Assembly (NCBI GenBank): GCA_028534125.1
Contig: CM052816.1
Span: 20,214,001-20,278,000 of the forward strand
Reading direction: 5' to 3'
Source: Lama glama
Lineage: Eukaryota
DNA: 64,000 nt
The notes under the pieces are model-generated. The model searched no databases, had not been told where the DNA came from, and saw only the letters and a list, made by a program, of their open reading frames with translations. The position numbers and the translations under genes were made by a program. Of the stretch, positions 37,900 through 49,273 are shown piece by piece (position 1 is the first letter of the stretch; every line of letters begins with the position of its first letter).

Positions 37900-38569
37900 A
37901 ATGGGACTCTTGTCTGTCTATATCTGTAAGTCTCTTTTTTTTTAAAATAAAGCCAGAGTAATGTTAATGGAAACTGGAAATATGACTATAAATCCAAGGA
38001 CGATACATAAGAATCATGTAACAGAAGAATTAATATGATTCAAGATAACAGACATTTATCAAGTACCTCTTTTCTTGACATGGTAATTTTCCTTTCAGTT
38101 GGTGACCAGGGTGCCCAGAACCAGGCAGGGAAAGGGAGTGGGACTCTTGCCATTAGTGGACTTTCATTTCATTCATTTTCAGTGGGGCCTGGAGTTCCAG
38201 AGAGCAGTCGCTCTGGATCAACCTCTCCTGAGGTTGCATGTGCATGGGGGTGTGGCTCCCAGCTGTGCTGGGCGGAGAGGGCACTGGGGTCTCCATGCTT
38301 GTTGAGATTGGCAGGCAGTCCCTTTGTATTGAGTGTCACCTCCGCCCCCCCTCACAGGTACCCCGGACCTCTGCTTCCAGGGCCTGTGCGGGGTGGGGGA
38401 GGTGCAGATCCGTCGCTTCCTGGCTTTCCCCACCGTTGCCTTGTCCTGGTTTTCTCTGCTCTGCTAGGTTCTCTTCAGCCATCTGTGTTCCAGCTTCCCA
38501 GATTCTGATGTCATTTATCTCCTATTCCATTCACGTCTTTGTGGGTGTTACCCCTTTACAGTCACTGCT

Positions 38570-39392
38570 GAAATCCATCAGTGGACTCTGATCACCTTTA
38601 GAATAATGCCCAAACTCTGACCATGTTCTCTTGGGCCTTCCGGCTGCCCACCCTCCCAGCCTCATCTTCCACCCTGGGCTTCCTCGCATACCAATGTGCC
38701 AGCCTCTGAGGGCCTGAGCTCACCCCTGCTCACTCTTTCTCCTTAAAAATGTCACTTTTTAGAAAGACCTTCCCCACTCTCTCACCCACTTATCTTTTTA
38801 CTGTGGCTCATGCTGCCATCTGAGCATGAAGACCAATTTGTCTTTACATAGCCAAGTGCCACGTATAGTCCACTGGTCCCTCAGTTGTCCACTCCACCCC
38901 GTCTGCCTGTGTGCCAGGAGCTGACCTGTCTGGGCCGCACCTATTGAGTTCATTCATTGGGGTACAGGCCGGAGCTTGGAGGGCGGGAGGAAAGTCAGCT
39001 TGGCGTTTTTATTCTTCTGGCCCCTTACCCATGGGTCTCCATGGCTTGGCTGTGTCCCTTTGCTGAAGGCCTCAGCTCCCATCATGCAGTCCTCAGTGTT
39101 CCAGCGACTTCTCTTTCCCTTTGACCCTTCAGGCCTAGAGGCAGTTACTCTCCCTCTTTAAACACTGCCTGCACCTTTGTAGTCGTCCCTCCTCAGGTAT
39201 CAGGTCTGACTGTCCCTGGTCTTCAAGCTAGCTCTCCTATGTATTTTCTTGCTCGTTTACTTGCTTACTTTTGACCTCTCCTCCTGGACTATCAGCTTTG
39301 TGGGGACTGGCACTGGTTTCACTGCAGGATGCCCAGGGCTTACTTCAGGGTCTGACACACACTGGGTGCTCAGTGAATGGCCATTAAGTGAA
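38570..39392 (+). mobile_element. L2 3' region interrupted by LTR33
   Basis: tttagaataatgcccaaactc..agaaagaccttcccc; resumes about 39240 with ggactatcagctttgtgggg..tctgacacacactgggtgctcagtgaatg. Confidence 0.6.
38865..39215 (+). mobile_element. LTR33-like ERVL LTR
   Basis: ggagctgacctgtctggg; ggagggcgggaggaaagt; ttggctgtgtccctttgctgaaggcctcagctcc; cccttcaggcctagagg; cacctttgta. Confidence 0.8.
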
Positions 39393-39599
39393 AGGGCACA
39401 ACCACACATGCATACCCACATGCACACGTGCCCATGCAACCCGACAGACAGACACACATGCATATACTCACACCAAGCCTCTGCAGGCTTCAGCAGCTTG
39501 GAGACTTCAGATAGTTGAGAACAGAGCTTGCAAGTGGACCTGGACCTTCTCACCTGCCCCTGCCATTTATTTGAGATCCAGTCTGTGAAAGCTGCTAGT

Positions 39600-39760
39600 G
39601 TTCCTGCTGTGTGGCCTTAGGGTCAGCCTAACCTCTCTGGGCTTCAGTTTCCCTGCACAGGGATAGTGATAAAGTCTCTGTGATCCCCTTCCTTGGTGAT
39701 CCAGGAGCTTATGTGATACCTTCTGCTATCTGCTTCTGGTAGTCAAAGTGCCTGGAATGG
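39600..39760 (+). mobile_element. MIR SINE fragment
   Basis: gctgtgtggccttagggtcagcctaacctctctgggcttcagtttcc. Confidence 0.7.
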
Positions 39761-40259
39761 GCCTATCAGCTGTGGCAACAGCAGGAGGGTCCCAGAAGCC
39801 TGGAGCGACTTGTCTGGGAGTGAGGGTGGGGAGGGACTTCTGTGAGGGCGTTATTGCATCAGATCACTTCTCACAAGGGTTTACTCTGGGCTGCAGTCAA
39901 GCCTGGTTGTCTATGGGATTTATTGTCTGAAAGGGGAGGCTGGGGCCGGGGAGAGGTTAGTTGGGCAGCCGGGTACCAAGAATAACGCAGGCCTAGCTTT
40001 GGCTCCCTCAGGTGTGGGGAGGCTGAGAGGGAAACAGGCTTCTGTGCCACGGAGGGGGGCTCCCTGCTCAGCAGAGGGAAGTAGAAACACACCCAGAGCC
40101 CCTTGTGTGTTCCCCACCGCCCTCTTCTTCTCTTACCTTCCTTCTGCCCGATTTCCCTTCTCCTTCCCCTTCTCTCTTCTGGCCAGACCGGGAGAGCCTG
40201 GAACTTTCTGGAAGGTTTCTTGGGGAGGCTGAGGAGTGGGGCCCATTCTCTTTGAGGCT

Positions 40260-40570
40260 TTAAAAGGTGGCCATAAAACCTGTCTGAGTTCAGGTTTCTA
40301 TTACACGTGTAGAATGTAGGAGCTGATGATAGTCTGTGAAAATTCAATAAACCTTGAAAACAGCATCAGGGTTGATATCTGTAATTTAAAATAATGGATA
40401 CCAAGAAATTGTTTTTCATTTATCTCGCTGCTGAGATTGTGGCATGGAAGAGACTTCATTAAGTGTAGATTTTTTTTTAAAGAAAAAAATAGTGTCATTT
40501 ATCTCAATCGATGACGGATGCAGGAGGTGGCTGATGATTGTGTTTAATAATACCTGACCAACAGGAGCCT
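40260..40570. promoter_or_regulatory. Candidate conserved non-coding element
   Basis: AT-rich unique block; CCATAAAA at 40271, AATCGAT at 40506, duplicated TCATTTATCTC. Confidence 0.35.
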
Positions 40571-40917
40571 CAGTTCCTTCATAGTCTGGGACAGGTAAAC
40601 GCATACACAGAAATCACTTCACAGTGGGAAGGGTGCAGAAGCTTAAAGTCTCATTCTGACACAAAAGGACCTCTTATCATGTGTTAAGCAGCACATCTGG
40701 CTTGTAGTATTGTCCAGATACTAGGGGAGGAAGAGGGGACTAAAATGTGGCTGAGTCCCAGGCCACATTGGTCAGAATCCCCCCCGCCCCATATCCCCCC
40801 TCCCATCCAAGAGCCTTGAATGGAAGCTGGGGGTGCCCATAAGAGAGCCTCTTTTTGGCCCTGTACCTGCTCCCAGCAACCCAGATGGGCTGTGCTTAAC
40901 TGGAGAGACTCCTGAAC

Positions 40918-41080
40918 TGTGTGTGTGTGTGTGTGTGTACATACAGGTGTGTGTATGCATGTGTGTGTATATATACACATACATGTGTATGTGTATATGT
41001 ACACATGCTCCTGTAGTGTGTATGTAAGTGTGTACATGTGTATGTGCATATATATGTGTGTGTACGTGTGTGTGTGTGTG
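40918..41080. repeat. Compound (TG)n/(TA)n/(CA)n microsatellite
   Basis: Directly visible mostly alternating purine-pyrimidine tract of about 160 bp. Confidence 0.95.
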
Positions 41081-41774
41081 TCTGTCCATCTGTGTCTCTG
41101 CCATGTCTAGGCTTCTCCCTAATGAGTCAGGAGGTAGCATTCCTCTTTTTGCCATATTCCCATCTCAGAAACCCAAAGTCCAAGAGCCTAGTTCCTGGAA
41201 GTAAATTGGCAACGTAGGAGACAGTCCACGTGAGGGTGATTCATCAACTCCCTTTTTCAGGGCAAAGAGCATTTTACCCACCATCTTAAGCCCCTCCACA
41301 GTCCCCGCATGCATGGCAGGTGGTGGAGGGCAAGGCCTGCTCCCGAGTCCAAATTCGTGGGGATCTGGACGTGGAAGCTCCATGAAAGCCCCGAGGTTTG
41401 GATCCTTTGTTCCTTTGATCAAACACGGGTTACGTGCGGTGGGCCAGGCATAGGGTTGCCCAAAGCCGAGGGGGGAGGTGGCAGTGATGCAAGGTGATCA
41501 GGGACACGGGAGCCCCGTGGGCACTCAGCTGGCCCAGGCGAGGGATTCCCAGGCTGTTGCCCACTCTGCTAACTTGTGAGCTCCTGCTCTCCTTCAAGTT
41601 TCACCCTGACCTCCCCTCCTCTCCCACACAGGCTCAGGCTGCTTGCGTTTCAGACACAGGTCATGTGTGTGAGCCTCTTTCCCCCTTGAACACCCTCCCT
41701 CCCCGCCGCGCCTCCCCCCCACCAAACAGCAAGCCCAGCTCATCCAGCTACAGAGCAGGGACATCCCACTGTTA

Positions 41775-42005
41775 GGACATGGATCAAAGAATGCTAATTG
41801 ATCAAATATTAAATGTCGCTTAAACACCGCACTGAATAATTCACTTTTCTCATGTGAGCAGCTTCGCAGCAGCTAGAATAGGAGGCAGGAACTTTCATGC
41901 TGATAACAGTGTTAGCAGGGGAGGGGAGGAGATGCTGTTTGTTTTTCTGAAGTGTGGCAAAATGTGCGAGAACCAAAGTCTTCACTTATTAAATTTGGTC
42001 CTGTA
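41775..42005. promoter_or_regulatory. Candidate conserved non-coding element
   Basis: ATCAAAG at 41783, TAATTG at 41795, TCATGTGA at 41850 in a unique AT-rich block. Confidence 0.3.
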
Positions 42006-42180
42006 GGAATACAGTGTCAAGATTTTCCATCCCAACCTGATCTCTAAAGAATCAGGTGACAGGGACATGGAGGGCATTGAGAGGAAGAGGGAATGAAGTC
42101 CTTGGTGGAGGAACAGCTGATGGGACTGGGGATGCTTTCCCTGGAGAAGAGGAGACTCACAGAATAAGGAGGAACCCCAC

Positions 42181-42648
42181 TGTGGTACTTCAAATCATGG
42201 CCCCGCAAGATGACCTTGTCCTTATCCCTAGAACCTGTGCATATGTTCCCGTATATGCCAGAGGGACTTTGCAGATGTGATTAAGTTAGGATCCTGAGTT
42301 AAGAAGGTTATCCTGGGTTATCCAGGTGATCCCAAAGAAACCACAAGGGTCCTTTTAAGAGAGAGGCAGGAGTCTCAGAGTCAGAGAAGGTGATGTGATC
42401 ACATAAGCTGAGTTTGGAGTGAGGCCATCATGAGCTAAGGAATTCAGGCAGCTGCCAGAGCTGGAAAGGGCAAGGAATAATTCTCTAGAGCCTCCAGAAG
42501 GAACACAGCTCTCTTGACACCTTGATTTCAGCCTTTTATGATCCATTTTGGACTTCTGAATTCCTGAACTGTAAGGTGACAAATTTGTGTTGTTTTAAGC
42601 CACTAGATTCGTGGTAATTTGTTACAGCAGCAGTAGGATACTAATACA
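42181..42648 (+). mobile_element. MaLR solo LTR (MLT1D)
   Basis: tgtggtacttcaaatcatggcccc..gggactttgcagatgtgattaagtta..gagcctccagaaggaacacagc..gttacagcagcagtaggatactaataca. Confidence 0.9.
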
Positions 42649-42747
42649 GGTACCCTTGTGTCTCCTTCCTGCTGTAGCTTGCCGTGTGCCTAAAGTAGCA
42701 CCATCACAACGACCCCTTCCGGGCACCTTGGAAAACAGATATTCCTA

Positions 42748-43530
42748 TAATGACAACTGGTAACACTGTAAGCACTTACTACATGTCATACTCTGTGTTA
42801 AGAGCTCCACCTGCATTAGCTACTGAGTCCTCACATCAACCCTGCAGTCTTTGGAGTTCAGAAAACCCATTACTCTCCAGGCTGTATTGTTATCTATTGC
42901 TCTGTAACAGATTGTAGTTTTAAACAAGATACATTTATTATCTCATAGTTTCTGTGGGTCAGGAGTCTGGGGGATGCTTAGCTGAGTGGTTTTGGCTCAG
43001 GATCTCTCATGAGACTGTTGTCAGGGTGTGGACTGGGGCTGTAGTCATCTCAAGGCTTGACTCGGGGCAGGTCCACATCCCAGCTCACTCACGTGATGGG
43101 TGGGAGTCCTCCGGTGCCCTGGCTCTTGGATAGAGGCTCCAGTCCCTTCTCCGTTTGGCTGTTCACAACAAGGCTGCTGGTTTCCCCAGAGTAAGGGATG
43201 AGAGAGAGAATGAGGGAAAGGGAGAGGGACTCAAAATGGAAGCCATAGTCCTTTTATCACAATCTCAGAAGTGATATCCTGTCACTTCTGCCATTCTGTC
43301 CACTAGAAGCCGGTGACTAGATCCAGCCACATTCATGCAGAGGGGATTACACCGGGGTGTGAATAAGCAAGGTGGAGATCATTGGGGACCATCTTAGACT
43401 GCCTTCCACACCCACTTTACAGATGGGACACCTGAAGTCCAGAGAGGTCAAGCTAGTAAAAGGTAGAGCTAGGATTTGAATCCATCTCCGTATGAGCTGG
43501 GAGCCCACATTCTTAACCATTTTGCTGCCT
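42748..43530 (-). mobile_element. MIR SINE split by an MLT1F insertion (about 42748-42880 and 43411-43530)
   Basis: gcacttactacatgtc..gtcctcacatcaaccctg, then cccactttacagatgggacacctgaag..ctaggatttgaatcc..cttaacca. Confidence 0.75.
42883..43410 (-). mobile_element. MaLR solo LTR (MLT1F-like)
   Basis: tgtattgttatctattgctctgtaaca..catttattatctcatagtttctgtgggtcaggagtctgg..gatcattggggaccatcttagactgccttccaca. Confidence 0.9.
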
Positions 43531-43569
43531 TACTTTTATGAAGCCTATGTTATTTAAAAACTCCTACCA

Positions 43570-43735
43570 CCCTCAAACCCTATTCTGATGCCCTCCTTGG
43601 TGTACCTATGGCCCTCATGTATACCCCAGACCATGGACTACCCTGTACCACTGTGTTTGGTTTCTTGTCTGTCCAGCTGGATGGGATGATGAGCTGAGAG
43701 CTGAATAAATTAATGAAACAAGAAATGAAAGGATG
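43570..43735 (+). mobile_element. L2 3' fragment
   Basis: Degenerate L2 tail ending gctgaataaattaatgaa. Confidence 0.4.
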
Positions 43736-44222
43736 GGCTCAAAGAAAGAAGGCTGGACTGGCAACGTGGGGCTACAGGGTCCAGCATCCTTCTGTGATGG
43801 GGTGGGGGTACTGGGCCTGGACATCTCTTTCTGTATTTGGTGGTCTCTGTGTGGAGTTTCCCTGGGGTCTCAGAAGCTCACCAGCTTGGCAGCTTCCTCC
43901 TCCAGGCCTTGTCTCTCTGGTACCATCTCTGTGGCTGTCTCTCTGCACAGTGGGAGGAGGGGGCCATGCCCCTATAACCAGGGGTTAATGCACTTTGGAC
44001 GGCCTGCTCTGGGAAAGGAGAGAGTTCAGGTTAGTGCAGCTGTGTTCATTATACTTCTCAGGTGCCTCCCTCCTCCTTCCTTTTGGGGCAGGTGAGAGGC
44101 TCAGGGATCCATAGAAGGTCACTGTCTCCCCCTAGTAGGGAGGGGACCTCTTTCATTGCTTGAGCGCACCGAAGCCCTGGTGGCCTTCTTCCCTAATGCC
44201 ATCTGTTGGATGTCTCTCAGCC

Positions 44223-44398
44223 TAGAGCTTCTCAGAGTGTGGTCCCTAGACCACTAGCAGCAGCTAGTGGGACTTGTTAGAAATTTAAATTCTAAGCCCT
44301 TCCACCCTAGACCTTCTGAGACAGAAATCCTGGGGATGGGGCCCAACAGTCTGTAGCTTAACAAGCGCTCCAGGTGATTCTGATGCTTTATAAGTGTG
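44223..44398. mobile_element. MER5A hAT-Charlie MITE
   Basis: ttctcagagtgtggtccctagaccactagcagcagc..cttgttagaaatttaaattct..ttaacaagcgctccaggtgattctgatgc. Confidence 0.9.
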
Positions 44399-44434
44399 TT
44401 GTATATAATATATTAATATATAATATATAAAACA

Positions 44435-44710
44435 TATATAAACGTGTTGGAAAATTCAGCAAAGCAATAAAAGGGAATTTAAATTACCTGAAGATTAGTG
44501 TTACCTTATTGGTGCTGTCACTTCATTGTTAGAGGGATATGTGTGTGTGTATTAATAAATATATACAAAGTTGAGATTTTCCTGGAAATAGTTTTGTATA
44601 CTGCTTTTTAAACATTTCTCCATGTCTTAAACATTCTTCCACGACATCACTTGTTCCTGGCTGTCATGTCTTCCATTATTGGAATGTACCATAATTTAAC
44701 TGATCCTTGG
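44435..44710 (-). mobile_element. L1ME 3' fragment
   Basis: catttctccatgtcttaaacattcttcc..ttccattattggaatgtaccataatttaactga. Confidence 0.6.
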
Positions 44711-44979
44711 GGCTGGGGTATCTGCTGATGTTGGCTGTGAGCCCTGCAGATAGACTCATAGTATAAACAGATGGCTGGCAAAACCAATGAACCTCTCCCT
44801 CTTGGCTCAGAGGATGGGACCTTGAGGGAGCTCATGAGAGTCTAGGCTCTGGGTGGAGGCTGGACACAGTCATGAGAATGCAGAGAAAGGGACAGATAAA
44901 GGAGAGGCCGTAAGTTTAGTGAGTGCCCAGGGTGGGTTTTGGGGGACAGAGGAGTCAGAAGTTTGGAGTCTGTGTAACC

Positions 44980-45221
44980 CAGAATGCACTGTCATAGGAA
45001 CACAGCTGATCCCATATTTGCTTCAGGGGGAAAAAAAACCCACAAAAGCAAAAACGTGTCTTTATATGCAGAGAAAAATGGGTGGAAGGCTATAAACCAA
45101 AATGTTAATGTGATTTCTGAGTGGTGATGTTATGAGATATTTTCATTTTCTTCTTATTGCTTATCTATATTTTCTGAATTTTCTATAATGAACATCCATT
45201 ACTTTTGTAATAAAAATAAAA
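44980..45221 (+). mobile_element. L1ME4-like 3' terminus
   Basis: ggaaggctataaaccaaaatgttaa..tatattttctgaattttctataatgaacatccattacttttgtaataaaaataaa. Confidence 0.75.
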
Positions 45222-45744
45222 CATTGCAAAGACGACTAGGGTAGGGAGGAGGAACAGTTCGAAAGGAGGAGGAGCATCTTTTGGGTGGAAGCTGCTGGCA
45301 GGTTCTGTTTTGTTGTGCTGAGGTGATGGCCCCATGGGTGCTTAGAGAAAGAGGGTCAGGGTTCAAGGGTTCTTCTTGAAATGACCATGACATCATGGGC
45401 CGGAATGAGTATTCTGTGTTGGCTGGGAGAGGACCATGGACCTCCTGTCAGTTGAGTGAAGGATGCTGCCAGGGAGGGGCTCTTGGCTCATCACATCACA
45501 GTGACCTTCCCTGCTGTGTGTGTGTGTGTGTCTGTATGTGTATGTAGTGACCATCTCACCAGTGAGAGGATGGAGGCCAAGCCTCTGATTTGGGCTCTGC
45601 AGATCTGGGGGTGGACCTTGGTGAGCACAAAGATACCTGGTTCTGGAATCCTCTTCCAGATGAGGCCGATTAGGAGGGAGTCAGGGCTAGTAACCTCCCC
45701 TTCTTCTCCACAGCTCTCACTCATTGCGATGCCCTGAGGAAGGA

Positions 45745-46010
45745 ACCTTGAAAGACAGCGCTCAAATGAGTTTCAGCGACATCTAATCTGCCGCCCAAGG
45801 GGCTGTGCTGGTTTTTTATTAAAGTTCATTACTTTCAATTACAGAAGAGGGGGTTTGGCGGGCTTACGTCTTCCAACTAATTGAACCATTTCCCCCAATC
45901 TTCTCCCCAGTGTAAAACATTCTCACCCTTTGGTGCAGGAAACTGCAGAGAAAACATTTCTTCATTTTAAGGAAACATATTTATCCATGAAGGGCATTGA
46001 GAATTGAAGA
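45745..46010. promoter_or_regulatory. Candidate conserved non-coding element
   Basis: Unique block with TAATC, TTTTATT, CAATTA and TAATTG homeodomain-type cores and retained CpGs. Confidence 0.3.
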
Positions 46011-46539
46011 AAATAGAATGGGTGTGGTTTGGAAGTGAGGGAGGAAGGGGCTGCCAGCAACCCTGAGGGTCCTTGAAATCCAACACCAGTTGGGGGAGGT
46101 CCCTTGTTAGCTCCCAGGACTCCTGGGTCCTCTGCTGGAATTCCGTGAGCTGGTTCCTTTCCCGGGAAATGGAGGCTGCTTTACAGGAAAAGCTTTATAA
46201 GGTTGTTGGAGGAGCACTGGCTGGAGGGACAGCAGAATTGTTCCTAGAGAAGCAGACCTTTCTCTCTTCCCTTCCACCCTCCTGACAAGATGTCTGGATT
46301 GGAAAAAAAAATGATTATGGCTGGAGCTCGTTCTTGAAAGGAGCTGAGCTATGGAGTTCGACCTTCCATGGAATCTCATGGGGATTCCATAAAAAGTGTG
46401 TAGCTGAGGGCCTGGTAGACAGGATGTCAGGAGACCTGGCAGGCTTCTTACACGAATCTCAGCTCTGCACACCCAGTCACCAGTTTGCTTTGTAGCATTT
46501 TTCCTTGAAGCATTTCTGCAGAAATCCTGTTAGAATCCA

Positions 46540-46570
46540 GTGAGTGGTGAGTGGTGAGTGGTGAGTGGTG
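46540..46570 (+). repeat. Perfect heptamer tandem repeat (GTGAGTG)x4.4
   Basis: gtgagtg gtgagtg gtgagtg gtgagtg gtg. Confidence 0.95.
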
Positions 46571-47214
46571 GGCTTGGGGATTAGGAAGCCAGGTCCTCGA
46601 GGCTGTTGCTGGGTCACAGGGGAACTGGGAGTCACTGTCCTCTCCCTGTGCAGGAGACTCCCTTGCTCCCTCCTTCTGCTGGAAAGGGCTATGGTGGGGA
46701 CAAGCGTGACAGGGCTCTCATCCCCCCAGACCAGAGCCCAGGTGGGGCGGCAAGGTGAGGAGAGGCGAGGCACGGAGCAGTGTTCTGACCACGGGCATTC
46801 AGGTCTCTGATTACTTTGCTCCCTGCCTTTTATTTGGATTTGAGGGAAGAGGGGGAGAAGGGGCACAGGAGGAAGGGCCTGCTGTTCTGGTAGAGCTGAT
46901 GGAGAGAAGGGGCATATCTCTGGGGCCCTGTCCACTGTCCATCTGACTCTTGGAGGTCTCTGGGCCCTTCTCATGAATCTGACCTTGGCTCCCTGTGAAC
47001 TGTCCCCCTCCCACTCCTTTTGTTGTCCCTGGTCCTTTCTACTGCCTAGACACTGTGAGATTGGCAGGGGGGTTGCAAAGTGATGAAGAGACTATCCTGA
47101 ATGGCCCAGAGCTTGCTGGGTAGCAAAGAAGATGCTACATGTCCATCCTGACTGTGTTCTCAGCAGAGGGTGGAGAGGGTCTCAGGAGAGGGGCTTTTTG
47201 GGACACGCAGGTGG

Positions 47215-47570
47215 CAGTGGAACTCGCATTTAGGGAAGGCTTTAGGGTGAGGAAGCACATCTCCTGGACTCTGTTGGATCTGACGGGAATATTTGAAAGG
47301 ACATTCCAGGTTTGGGGGTCAGCAAGAGAGAAGGCCTGGAGGTGGGTACGAGGGGAGTGAAAAGAGGGAGATTCAGTGCTGAGCATGGGTGTGGGTGGTG
47401 GAGTGTTGGGGTGGGAGGGGTAAAATGGAAGCTAACTGTGGGGGGCCTTGAGCGCCTTCTAGGAGCTTGGTCATGGGACAGGAGGAGGGGCACCTTGTCG
47501 GGGGGGTCTGTGAATCTGGGAGCTTCCTTAGAGCTAGTTTTGAAAAAGCTCACTGATTGCCTGGCTGCTG
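47215..47570 (-). mobile_element. L2 fragment
   Basis: tagggaaggcttt..ggacattccaggtttgggggtcagcaagagagaaggcctggagg..gggggccttgagcgcc..ttttgaaaaagctcactg. Confidence 0.6.
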
Positions 47571-48100
47571 GGTCTGGGCTGGGAATGTGGTGAGAAGAGA
47601 GGAGGTGAACAGGGGTGCTTTGGAAGCTGCTTGGGGAAGGGGCAGTGGGGGTTTTCCTCCTCAGCCCTGAGGATCGCCGTGAGTTGGCCACATGTGTCCC
47701 TGGTGCCCTGACTGCCTTGTCTGAGGCCATGGATAGGAAACTGGCCCTGGCTCTTAACTCCACTGTTTAAATCTGGGCCCCTGAGGGACTGGAGTCTCAC
47801 CCCCAACCAGAGCTGACAATGCCAGCTTGCTCTCTTGAGGACTGGAAGCCTCTTGTATTGGTTGCCTCGATCATGCCCAGGCTGATACCCACCTGGGCCT
47901 GGGACTGGACCTGCTAAAGGCATCTACCCCTACCTGCCCCCTGTTTTCTGCTTCCCCTGCCCAGGACCCTGAGTGTCTGTCAACACCCGAGAAAGACTTC
48001 GATGCACTAAAGAACCTGCCAGCGAGAGGGTTTTTTGGTGAGCCCAAGGATGGTATTCTGGTGGAGCTGGGGGAGCCCAGAGCTGGCACTTGAAATGTCA

Positions 48101-48134
48101 TTGTTTTATTAAAGTTTAAAATTTAATAAAACAA
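48101..48134. repeat. Near-perfect 34-bp AT-rich palindrome
   Basis: TTGTTTTATTAAA-G-TTTAAA-A-TTTAATAAAACAA; 16 of 17 symmetric pairs complementary. Confidence 0.95.
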
Positions 48135-48459
48135 AATTTATGGGAGATGTTCCAGCTTCACATGCATCATTTGGCTTCTTGCTGATGCAGCATGTTGGAC
48201 GCACAGCCGTGCCTCCCCGTCTCTGGATGTCGAAAATTGAAGGCATGGTGGTTGTTGAGGAGTTGCAGGGATGGAGGTGGGCAGGTGGCCTCTTCCACAC
48301 TCACTGGGGCTGGGGATGGGATGGAGCTGGGCAAGGGTCATGTCTTTGGTGCTGTTGTTCTCAGCCCACTGAACATTTCTGCCCTCACTGTGGCAGCTTG
48401 TCCTTGAGCAGGAGTTGAGGGTACACTGAGAGCTCTTAAACACCCACGTGGAGAGGAGC

Positions 48460-48665
48460 AGAGCAGAGGGATAAAGGGACAGGCTGTAGAGCCAAACAGC
48501 CGGGATCCCGGCTGTGCTGGTTACTCGCTGTGCTGGTTCCCGAGCGCTTCTTCATTTGTAAGATAGTGATAATAAGAGACCCTCCCTCACTGGGCTATAG
48601 CCAGGTTGTGCCAGTGAGGTGCTTAGCACAGAGCTGGCACTTAGCATGAAATAAGTGGTCACTTT
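48460..48665 (+). mobile_element. MIR SINE
   Basis: caggctgtagagccaaacag..ttcttcatttgtaagatagtgataataa..gtgcttagcacagagctggcacttag. Confidence 0.7.
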
Positions 48666-48884
48666 TAAGGCTTTTTATTATGGGCTAGATGTTGCTAGAT
48701 GTTACATCCCTGCCCTCACTAAACCCCAATCAGAATAAGGAGACAAGTTCAGGGACGCCTGAAATACTTGGAGTACTGAGAGGTGTACAGTGAGTGTGTG
48801 TGTAATCTGGGGAGGCTTCTAGGAGGAGGTAGTTTTTTGACCCGGCCTCTTAGGGAAGGGGAGGGGACTTCAGCTGAAAGATCC

Positions 48885-49273
48885 AGAGAAACCTGACAAA
48901 CACTACTACAGCCAGGTGACCAGGGCCAACATCAATGGTGACACATCATGTTGACAGTATATACTTTTGCTATGAGGGTGACACTATCTCTGTGGCCTTC
49001 CTTCATAAAGCCCATAACTCAAGTCTAATCATGAGAAGAACCTCAGACAAGCTCCAGCAGAGTCACATCCGGCAAAACACCTGACCAGTACCCTTCAAAA
49101 CTGTCAAGGTTGTCAAAGACCAGGCAAGCCAGAGAAACTCTCACAGCTGAGAGGGGACTAAGGGGATGACTAAGTGTGCTGTGATATCCTGGGCTCCCAG
49201 AATAGGAGAAGAACATCAGATCAGAACTAATAAAATCTGAAGGAAGTATGGACTTCAGCTAGAAAAAAAAAAA
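48885..49273 (+). mobile_element. L1MC (L1MC1/2-like) 3' UTR fragment
   Basis: gagaaacctgacaaacactac..agccaggtgacc..agtctaatcatgagaa..cctgaccagtacccttcaaaactgtcaagg..aaatctgaaggaagtatggacttcag. Confidence 0.85.

Noticed and set aside
40684..41155. His/Thr/Tyr- and Cys/Val-rich ORFs
   Set aside because: Translation of the TG/CA microsatellite
45814..48116. Shared 13-mer TTTTATTAAAGTT at 45814 and 48104
   Set aside because: Many chance 13-mer pairs are expected in 64 kb, especially AT-rich ones
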